Shown here: in pieces, positions 53,751 to 64,000 of the stretch | Layout of the letters: every line of letters starts with the position of its first letter | Numbering within the stretch: the stretch's first letter is position 1 | Assembly: GCF_009914755.1 (NCBI RefSeq) | Contig: NC_060932.1 | Source of the DNA: the human T2T-CHM13v2.0 reference genome, Homo sapiens | Length of the DNA: 64,000 nt | Strand: one strand, 5' to 3' | Program-made: the position numbers and the translations under genes | Notes under the pieces: model-generated | What the model saw: only the letters and a program-made list of their open reading frames with translations | Told to the model about the DNA's origin: nothing | Database searches by the model: none

Positions 53751-54401
53751 TGAAAGGTGAAGCCGGCTGGGCTTCTGGGTCAGGTGGGGACTTGGAGAAC
53801 TTTTCTATCTAGCTAAAGGATTGTAAATGCACCAATCGGTGCTGTGTGTCTCGCTAAAGGTTTGTAAATGCACCAATCAGCACTCTGTAAAAACGCACCA
53901 ATCAGCGCTCCTTGTCTAGCTAAAGGTTTGTAAATGCACCAATCAGCACTCTGTAAAAACGGACCAATCAGCACTCTATAAAATGGACCCATCAGCACTC
54001 TGTAAAATGGACCAATCAGCAGGATGTGGGTGGGGCCAAATAAGGGAATAAATGCTGGCCACCCAAGCCAGCAGCAGCAACCCGCTCGCGTCCCCTTCCA
54101 TGCTGTGGAAGCTTTGTTCTTTCCCCCTTGATAATAAATCTTGCTGCTGCTCACTCTTCGGGTCCGCAGTACCTTTAAGAGCTGTAACACTCACTGCAAA
54201 AGTCTGCAGCTTCACTCCTGAAGTCAGCAAGACCACGAACCCACCAGAAGGAAGAAACTCCGGACACGTCTGAACATCTGAAGGAACAAACTCCAAACAC
54301 ACCATCTTTAAGATCTGTAACATTCACCGCTAGGGTCCACGGCTTCATGCTTGAAGTCGGCAAGACCTAGAACCCACCGGAAGGAACCAATTCCGAACAC
54401 A
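53751..54401 (+). mobile_element. Solo LTR12 (ERV9 LTR), 651 bp
   Basis: TGAAAGGTGAAGCCGGCTGGGC start, tandem ctagctaaagg/caccaatcagcactctgtaaaa repeats, AATAAA at 54133, U5 repeats, ending gaacaca. 4-bp TSD gagg (53747-53750 and 54402-54405). Confidence 0.95.
53809..54055 (+). promoter_or_regulatory. LTR12 U3 enhancer/promoter: six CCAAT (NF-Y) boxes, one degenerate CCCAT, and a TATA-like GAATAAA
   Basis: Motifs are seen directly. The function is inferred from the known ERV9/LTR12 architecture. Confidence 0.6.
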
Positions 54402-54924
54402 GAGGGACAGTTAATAAATACAGAATAAGTGGGGAAAAAAAGAGAAAACTAACATCTGGCAACCATCACAGTGGTTGTGGATTTTTGGCTGGATGTTTGA
54501 TAAAAAATAAGATATTACCTCTCTGTGAAACACATATAAATCACAAAGGTGAAATTGGTGATGTTCTCATGAAAAATCCTGGAAGACATCAATTTTACTA
54601 GGTGACTAATGATCGCATAGGACGTATATTCAGGTATATTGACGTTGTTTGCCTCCTGGTGTGATGTCCTGAGAGGCGAGCATCATTTTTGTGATACATC
54701 TGTCAAGAATGTGTGGCCTATGCCTGGATATGGGAAAATATTGTATGTACCCAAATTGAGGGATATATCACAAAATAAAAGGCTTATACTCTTTAGAGCT
54801 ATCAAGGTCATGACAGATAGGGAAACATTGAGGAACTCATCCAGATTGAAGGAAATGAAAGAGACATGACAACAATGCAATGCAGGTTCTTGGGTTGAAT
54901 CCTGGACAAGAAAAAAACATACAC

Positions 54925-54950
54925 GTGTGTGTGTGTGCGTGCGTGTGTGT
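54925..54950. repeat. (TG)n/(TGCG) microsatellite
   Basis: Directly visible. Confidence 0.8.
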
Positions 54951-55157
54951 AGTTAGTGAAATTTGGAAGGGTTTTAATTTGTTTGGAAGTGTTTTATTTA
55001 TGTTGATTTTCTGATTTGTATGGTTGTTTTGTGGTTACATAAAGGAGTTTTTTGTTTTGGTGCAATTCAAACTGAATATTTGGGAATGATGAGCTATTAT
55101 GTTTGCAACTTGTTCTCAAATCATTCCGTAGTAGTTTTAAAACATGTCTGCAAATTA

Positions 55158-55524
<367 letters not shown>

Positions 55525-55599
55525 TTATTATTGGCCAGTATTGTTGCCTAGATTTTAATGAAGAGAATATGACAGAAGTGACACTCATGACCATTTCTG

Positions 55600-56137
55600 T
55601 TGGCTCCTCTTCTAATGTTACCAGTTGTCTCAGGCTCATGCAGGCTTACGGACAGAACAACCATGGTAACAGTTGCCGTTTTCTTGTCAATTGCAACATA
55701 AACTACTATAGCAGCTCCAGTACCCAGATTTGACTCCACAGGAACACAGGAATCTTCCTACAGGGGCTGGATAGCAGCATCAAATTGTGGAGAATTTAAA
55801 GCCTGAGAGATGAAATTTTACCATCAAGGAGCAAGAGAAGAGATGGGAAGGAGACCAGTAGATAAATTTCTAACCCTTCCTCTCCCAAAACAGATGGTTC
55901 TAAAGCACAACTGGTCCACATGGCTCACATAATTAAACATTCAGCTGTGTTTCTTGTGAGGCTGTGGCCAGCTCAGTAACATACCACCTTATATTTGATT
56001 CTCCAATTTCTCTGTTTATATAACTTTTCCCCCTCTTTCTTGCTGTCTTAGAAATACACCTCCCAAGCTCCTCAATAAAGTATTAGTCTATAATCTTTGC
56101 TTCAACTATGTTTTCTAGAGAATTAAAGCTAATACAA
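55600..56137 (+). mobile_element. Old ERVL-type LTR (LTR16-like), approximate
   Basis: The 3' end cacctccca...aataaa...ttttctagagaattaaagctaataca resembles the LTR16 family end. Confidence 0.4.
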
Positions 56138-57479
56138 GTGAGTGACGACTGGCAAACAAATTGGTAGACAAGGTAGGGGATTAGAGTATCTTAAGGTGGA
56201 AACATGGATGTAATTTCCAGGAAGATAAGAATATTAGCTGACATTAGTGATTTTTTTGAAAAGGGGATTGCTGAATACTATAATCATTTTAACTCATGTA
56301 ATTTTTATTGCAGTGCTATTAGCCAGTCACCATTATTTCCCATTAAAGGATGAAAAAACTGAAGTTCTGAGAAGCTGACCACAGTTATATATGTAGAAAT
56401 AGCTCAACTGAGATTCTACTCATGCCCACACTCTTTTCTATTGTCCCATGATAATCGAGAGAAAGAATGGAATGAGACACTGTAAGCCAGGTACTGGGAA
56501 AAATGAGGGAAAGGAAAGGATACCTTGAGTCCACTGTTGAAAGGGAAAGGATGGTCATATTAATTTTAAGAAATTTTTTTGTCTCTACTCCTTTGGCCCA
56601 CCAAAGTTCCACCCCTGCACACTCTGAAGGTAACTTGGGAACTATTTAGATCTCTTCGACTTCCTTACCATAGAGGGCCCTTCATGATCTCAGCCTTTCC
56701 TACCTCTCCAGTCCTGTCTCCCATCATTTTCCCATAAGCAACCTAAGTGTTAGACATGTTGAAGCACTTGTTGTTCCCTTTCAACCTCTGTGCCCTGAGG
56801 CATGACATCTTCTCTGCCTGAAAAGAAGGCATTCTCTGAGTGTATAAAACATGAAGAAATTGCTATTTATTTCTTAAGGTCAAACTATACATCCTCCATA
56901 ATGAGTGCCCTGAGCTTGCAAGCACTGTTAATTGCTATTTTCTTTGGGCTTCTATAGGCCTTGGACATACCTATATTGGTCCAAGTATTTTACTATAATT
57001 ATTGATTTACTCATCTGTCTTTTTCCCATGAGTTTATATTTATTTTTATTTATTTTTTACTTTGTATCCCAAGTGTCTAAACACTTACATATGATTTATG
57101 TATCACACGGTTCTAGGCTCTTACATTTAATCCTGACACAGCCCTATGAGGACCCCAAAAGTTAAAGGATTTGTCCAACGACACACAAATTTTAAGTGGC
57201 AGAGCTGGCTTTTGAATACAGTCAGTGTCATTCCAGGATATGAGTTCTTAAGCACTATACCCTCTCTCAGAGCCTAATATTCAAGAAACAGTTGTGGAAT
57301 GTATAAAGAAGGAAGGAAGGCAATCAAGAACATACAAAAGTATATGGTCCGCTTAATACATAATATAAGCAATCACAAAATCTCATAGTTAGAGAAAATC
57401 ATAGGATAATCCATATTTCAGCTACGTCTTTTGAATGATTTAAATTGTATAGTTGTCTTGTAATTGAAAGATATGAGTG

Positions 57480-57970
57480 CTGGATATCTTCTGTTTACCC
57501 ACTAAAGCCATTCTGCCCCTTCTCTGCTCGCTTTTTGCACTTCTTTCCTACTTCCGGGGTGGGGGGTAAAGACTGATCCCCATGGTCCCATGATAGCCAG
57601 GACCCTATGCTCTCAGGCTTTCTGTGGGTAAGAGAACAGAGAGTTATCAGGCAGTGAGCAGCATTTTGGTAGGAGAGTAGGGTGAGGAGGTCAGGAGGGG
57701 CGTGAAGTAGGGTATTTCCCCTCAGTTCCTTCTTTGCCTGATCGCTATGTGATGGCTGTGTCCTGTTAGTGAAAGCCACACTTATGTAAGGCAGCCCACT
57801 CCATACCGCTGTCCTCCAAGCTGTGGTTATCATTCCTGAAGCTACTAGTGGCTCCCTGCTGTCAATAGCTAGAGATATGGTACAATCCTTTGTTAGTTTC
57901 CTTAAGCTCTACCCCCACACACCCAGTATGAATGTGTCATTTGTTTCCTGCAGGGTTTCTTACTGATACA
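57480..57970. mobile_element. Old ERVL-type LTR (LTR33-like), approximate
   Basis: atatcttctgtttaccc...cccttctctgctc...tgtgtcatttgtttcctgcaggg...ctgataca. Confidence 0.45.
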
Positions 57971-59109
57971 ATATAATTTATCATTGAAATATCAATTAAA
58001 CACACAAAAAATTTAGCTAGCATCCTACTGGTACTTGATTTTGTTATAATAATTTTGTCTTTCAGAATATAAAATGAGGTTGGGATTTCTTTAATACATG
58101 TTGCCTCCACTGTCAGCTAAATATCTGTGCATCATCCACAACTAAATTTGGAAGAAACAAAGTGAGGATCCATCCCCAGGGTCAGAGGTTAGCACCCATA
58201 GAGAGTAGCACATGATTCTGCTCTTTTTTTCTTCCCTGCTGTGCAGGCAAAGAAATCAGAAGCAGGGGAAGAGGTGCTGAAATGAATTAGACTGGGAGGT
58301 CAGAGGAAATAAAAGCAGAGCAGTCAGAATGCTCTCATGCAGTGAGTTCAGAGCAATATTGGAAATATAGGTTTAAATGGCAGTGGCTAAAATTTGTAGA
58401 AACAAGGCTTTTTCAACACTTTTTAAAGTGACCAAGTAACTTTGATCCTTGATGGCTAAAGTAATAAACCCTAATTTTAAATTCAATCAGATTTCCAGCC
58501 AAATAATAACATCTGGCCTTAAAGTGACATAGAACTACTCATTGATCAATCTCTGACTTGACAACAGTTGACACTATAATTCAAATACTTCACAGAGAAA
58601 CTGTGTAGGTTAAAAGAGAGTGATCTGTAAAACTTGCAGTTTTGCTGATTCTTAATGTTAAGAAGCCTTTTGGGAATCTCATTACCTCAGCAACGGGTTT
58701 ACAAAGGTTGTGAAATATAGAATCATGCAGCTAGAAAAGACCTTGTGAGTTAAACCATGTCTCACCTTCAAGCATCTCAGACAAACGAGACTATAGTCAA
58801 TATTTAGAGAGGTTTTGAGGAGGAAATCTATAACTGCCCACAGAAAGTAATGAAAGGCATATTTACAATAATAAATAAATGTGTGAAGTGTTTTACAATC
58901 ATGATGTAAACACTGACATTTAAAATGCCTCAGATTGAGTACAACAATTTAATAAAAATATGCAAAATTTAGAATGGCAGCAAGTATGCCCTGGGACACG
59001 GGTTTCCATTTTACACAGAGCTAATATAGAACATCTGCAGCTAGTAGTTAAATCATGCACTCTTTTGAGATACAGCAAATAGAGACACTCTAAAAAATAC
59101 ATATTTAAT

Positions 59110-59244
59110 TCTCTCTCTCTCTCTTTTTTAGAAACAGGCTCTCACTATGTTGCTCAGACTTGGTTTCGAACTCCTGACCTCAATGATCCCCCCACCTCAA
59201 CTGCTGAGTAGCTGGGATTACAGGCATGAACCACCAAGCCCAAC
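59110..59244 (-). mobile_element. Free Alu monomer (FLAM-like)
   Basis: ggctctcactatgttgctcagac...gaactcctgacctcaatgatcc...gtagctgggattacaggcatgaaccacc; single arm only. Confidence 0.8.
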
Positions 59245-60071
59245 AAGAATATTTTAATATGTTTAACAGAATTCAGAACTCTTTAACTGTGATAAAAAAC
59301 TATGCTTTTCTTTGACTCTAAATATGTTACTTGAAATATCATTAACGTGAAGTTGTTTTTATGATTGCACTGAGTATTTATCACAAGCCATTTATATCGT
59401 CAACTCAGCTCTTAGATCGCAAATTTACAGGATGGCTAGAAGACCTGCACGAAATGTCTGTGGACAGACAAGGAGTTTGCCAGTCTTCATAGGTATGGGA
59501 CCTATGAATTTGGATTATGTAGCATTTTGCTGCAACCCGATGATTATCAAAATTTTTTCTGGTTGTGAGTTTCCGAGAGTTTTATGCAAGACTCTGCTTA
59601 ATAATTGTAGCTCCATCCTCTCTCTCTCTCTCAAGAGAATACATTGAAATACACAAGTGTGGGATTAAGCTTATTTTTATGGATAAGACTAATTGTTCTC
59701 TAGCTTAATTAAAATGAAATATATAATTTACAAATGTACGTACTTCAAACATTATTTATTAGTAGTAATATATTTCCTGAAACCTCATAACACTTTGAAA
59801 CGCTCCACAATGTGACTATTTCAAAATCAAGAGCTAATGCTCTAACATAATAGTTCCCCAGCTTATAAATTTATTTCATGTCCAAAACAATTAAATGGGA
59901 TATAGTGGGAATGAATTTAAAAAATCCACACTTCTTGATGATTATAAGTGGTTTAGTTAAGGAAATGTTAAGGCTAGTCTCATCAACTTTAATGTATGAT
60001 CAATTCACTTCAGTTCAATATTTACAGAGCATATACTGTGTACAAAGAACTGGGGTAGGAACTATGGCTGC

Positions 60072-60600
60072 TGAAGTAGTTCGGGACATGCTACCCCAAA
60101 ATATTGTTTATTTTGAGATGAAGGCACTTGAGAACAGCAGATACGAACTTTCTGACCTCTTCTCTTTTACCTAAAAACAAGCCATGAAATTTCCCATGAG
60201 AAAGATATCCTAGGAAGAAAAGAACATCTTTATCACTAGAGAGTGGAAATCAACACTGAAATGAATCTGCACAACAAACTTGCTAAAATAATCTCTACCT
60301 TTGACTAGTGTTCTCCAGTATATCTTACTCACTTCCCCACAAGTTAATGCCCCAGCCCAAACCCCTTGTCTTCTCATTTCTTCACGAATTTAGGATTTCT
60401 TTGTCTAAAAAGTATATAAGCTTTCTGCTCTGGTCACTTCTTTGGATCTTCATTTCTTGAGGACTCTCATGTACATTTAAAATTTTTATAAAATTTACAT
60501 GCTTTTTCTCCCGTTAATCTGACATGAGATATCATGTAAGTTTCTTAGGCCTAGTCAGATACCCTAAAAAGGGTAGAGGAGAAATTTTTCCTCCCCTGCA
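60072..60600 (+). mobile_element. ERV1 solo LTR (MER34-like)
   Basis: TG...gggacatgctaccccaaaatat...aaatgaatctg...ccctaaaaagggtagaggagaaatttttcctcccctgCA. Confidence 0.6.
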
Positions 60601-63600
60601 TCACAAAAAAGATGCAAGCCATAATCTCTGCCCTTAAAAAGGATACAGTCTATAAGAGCTGCCAAATAGGTGTATTCAGAATATATTTTAAAATTCTCTG
60701 GCACACATTTTTCAAGATAAAAAATGGACTATACTCTGGTCAACACCTTTGCTAAAAAATGTAAATGTTTTAAAACTCTGAGATGATTTCAAAAGTTTAG
60801 TGCATTTCTTATATATTCTGACTTACTGGGTATATTATAGTTTAGACTATTAAAGATGAAACATGAAGTGATAAGGGAATCCTCCTTGACTTGCCTTGAG
60901 GTAGCATTTTAAAAAAACTTAGCCCATTGTTTATATACTTAAAGTTCTTCAAAGGAACTCCTTGACATTTGTCCTCAGTTTGGGACTAGGTACTGTGTCT
61001 GTGACAAATGCACAATGTAACAGTCTACTTGAGGATAGGAAACTCAGATATATGCTCAAGGGCACTTTCATTGTAAAAATCTCAAATCAGTAGATTCCAT
61101 CATCCAGTGAGTCAGCTAATTATAGCTTCATTATCAATTTTTCAGATACTCTGACCTTTCTTGTTCACACATTCATTCATTCATCTATTCATTCAAATAT
61201 CTATCACTATTCAAAAAAAAAATCTTGAAATTGTACTATGTCCTAAATGTTGGGACAACAGAAGTGAATAAGACAATTTATTATTGCCTACTAAGAAGAC
61301 AAGCATACAAGTACATAAAAAGTCTAATAAATAATGTAATTTTATCATAAAATGTATTGGGAATATGGAGAAAAAAAATAAACAATTCTGCCAAGAAGTA
61401 GAAAGACAAAAAAGATTATAACAGAAAGATGAACTAAGATTTGAAAGATTTGCATGGATGTGTGTGTATTGGGGGTGATGTAGAGGTAGCTCGTGACTTT
61501 TTAGGTATGGAGAGTAGTTTGACCAAGGGAATGATAGTGTGAACAAAAGAGCACATTTGGAAAAATTCAACAGCTCAGTAGAACTGGAGTTCAGATGCAG
61601 GGAGGGTTAGGTAAGACACGAGACTAGAGAGATGTGGGGCTACCCTTGTGTCCAATGTTAAGGGCCTTTGATTTTATTATAAGGAGAGAAAACCATTCTG
61701 GCTGTGCACACCAAATACTCCATACATAGCAACTGTCACACTATTATCATGTGAAATGAACTAAACTTGATATACAGTCAATTAAAGAGACATGACACTA
61801 CTTTCTTAGGAGTTTATAATCTAATAATAGAGCAGTAAAATGGAAGTATCAGGAAACATTTCTTTTTATAAAAAGATTCAACATGGCATTGTTCACTTGC
61901 AACCTTACTTAACCTGTCCATTTTTTAAACATTTTCTCTGAAGTACCTTGAATGAAAGAACAAAGTGGAATATAGATTTTTGTCTAAATCCTGTAGCTAC
62001 CTGTTTAAAAGAGTTTGCAAGCAAGGATAGATCAATATTTTTTGAACTATAATAGCAATCAAAGTAAATGGATTTTTCTTTTGAAAGAACCTTAACTGCA
62101 TACAGCCCAATAGTCACCATCAAAAACTTTGAAACATTATTGCTCTTACTGTATCTACTAGATGGTAAATGAACTTATAATTATCTGGAAATATAATTTT
62201 GTATATCTATAAAGCAAGTAAGAAGGATAAACCACTCTTACTTATTATGAAAGACTACATTAAGAAAAGTGACAGTGAAACAAGTGAGCAGCAGATGCCT
62301 TTTGCTTTAAAAGTAATCATGTTGATACTGTGTTAGTCCTTTATAAAATTAAAGGGCTATCAGCACAACCTCTTGCAACCTAATAAACCATTATTGAGAC
62401 TGCATCTGTGCTGAGCTAATTATTGGGGGTGGTAGTGGTGGTGGTGCGGCGGGAGGGGGGTGGTTCCTAGATGAATGGGACTAGGTATTTTCTCAAGGAA
62501 ATAAATACAACAGTTAAACAGGCAATTTGGAAAATTGGTGATGGGTATAAAAACAACAATATAATACTAGGTCTTTGGAGCTGATTTCTTTCCTCAACCT
62601 TTGAGGGTTGTTTTGAAAACTACTTCTCTATTGTGTTTGTCTATCTTTCACGCTCCTGGGGCTGTGTGTCCAGGAAAAATTTATTCTCAAAAGAGAATCC
62701 TGAATCAATAATCTTTAGTTTGAATTTGAAATAACAGGTAACTTCTTACTATTATCCGCATTTTAACTCTTATAAATTCTAGAAAGAACTCTATAATTTT
62801 AAAAGAATATTAAGTTGTATTTGGGATATACTGTTTGGAGACTGAAAAATAAATTTCAAAAGTCAGATGTTTGGCCTTATTTATTTAACAATAGTACATG
62901 CCAGACATAGTCTGCACATAGGCTGTAAAATTTAAAAAGTTGACCAAAATAAAGATTCTGTATATAAAGAAAATTATTAGTTACATGATATACAATTAAT
63001 TTAAATGTAAGGCAATGTGACACAAATGATTGTTATTTATTCAAGGTGTTTTAGAAATTCAGAGGGAGAAAAAGTTATTTTCATGTTGAAACTAGGTGAG
63101 TGTAGGGATGATTATAGGAGACTGATTCAAGGAAGTTAAATTTCATATGGTCCCTAATGAATGAAAAGGACTTTTGTATATGGAATTTAGTAATTATAGT
63201 ACAGAAGAAGAAGGAGGCATATCAAAGTTTGAAAGGAAAAAGCTTTCAAGATATAAGTGGAAAAGTAAATTATACCCAGATGGTAGAGAATGTCTTACAT
63301 CTGGTTATAATGGAGTTAATTGTGTAAGATTGGAAAAGATATTAGCAATTTTAGAATAAATAAGAAACAAAACTAAAACTAATCTTAAATCTATGAGAAG
63401 AGCAGACGCAAGAAAGGAATTGGGATTCATTTTGGAATAATTAAAGGAGCACAAAATAAAGGATATTAGAGTGGAGACCAAAACATGGTAACAGACAGGA
63501 TAAAACTTGCAACTTGTTTGAAGTGGGAAGTGCAGAAGGAAGATTAAAGGTTAAAAATAATATAAAAATATATGGCAAAGTAACAAGTTTTATGGGTTGT

Positions 63601-63637
63601 TAGGGTAATGCTTCTTTTTTTTTTTTTTTTTTAATCT

Positions 63638-64000
63638 GAAGGACTGAATATATATTGGAAAACCACCACACCAAACAGGACGATAGAGCAAAAAAAAACC
63701 TACAAAAAAAAATCCAGGGAACTAAACCACAACCTCTGCAACAATCGAGAGCAAAAAAGGTCGGACTTGGTCAATGACAGAAAACTTTTTTCATGTTTCT
63801 TTCCACTTCCAACTTAGGATCAATCAAGAAAGCCAAATGTGCTGCTCACACTAACGTGGTAGCTAGCTTATCTTCAGCTTCCCCATACCAAAAACCTCCA
63901 GCTAAAGCATAACTGAATCCTTCCTTCTTTATTAACTAATAAAGTTTTCCCATTCTCTTGACTGCGTTTAAGTCTCTGCCAAAGACAAGTGATGGTGGCT
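63638..64000 (+). mobile_element. ERV1 LTR (MER67-like), continues past window end
   Basis: cacaacctctgcaacaatc...ggacttggtcaatgac...agtctctgccaaagacaagtgatggtggct. Confidence 0.55.

Larger units (their letters stand above)
53150..55140 (+). mobile_element. Ancient L1MC-type 3' region, interrupted by LTR12
   Basis: cccaaattgagggatatatcacaaaata...atcaaggtcatga...ccagattgaagg...gagacatgacaacaatgcaatgc motifs typical of L1MC 3' ends. Boundaries are approximate. Confidence 0.6.

Noticed and set aside
53809-54020. Regularly spaced repeats resembling a CRISPR-like array
   Set aside because: They are the standard tandem U3 repeats of LTR12, with no unique spacers and no cas genes, in eukaryotic context.

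Overview
This is primate (most likely human) genomic DNA: AT-rich, dense in Alu, L1 and LTR elements, and lying entirely inside the CSMD3 gene (CUB and Sushi multiple domains 3) on the minus strand. I reconstructed seven coding exons by hand from GT/AG boundaries and phase matching: 45020-44838, 40702-40376, 37606-37412, 21384-21246, 11310-11123, 5319-5131 and 199-83. They splice into one stop-free 1338-nt frame encoding Sushi-CUB-Sushi-CUB-Sushi-(start of CUB). From memory these are about exons 14-20 (Sushi3 to CUB6); I could not verify that numbering. The rest is intron, containing 13 Alus plus a FLAM monomer, two L1PA copies, older L1M and L2 relics, a solo LTR12, several older LTRs, DNA-transposon fossils and microsatellites. 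I found no evidence of a new protein-coding system. The most unusual structure is a TSD-flanked L1PA at 49803-52703. About 3.4 kb of its interior is replaced by a 280-bp copy of intronic sequence from 4.2 kb away, with a fold-back junction on one side and microhomology on the other, and two more repair-like scars nearby. Other leads are a very weak GTCTCA splice donor, inverted Alus flanking a stop-free 3n exon pair (candidate rolling-circle circRNA), and an antisense LTR12 promoter. Repeat subfamily names come from recalled consensus sequences, not from a database search.
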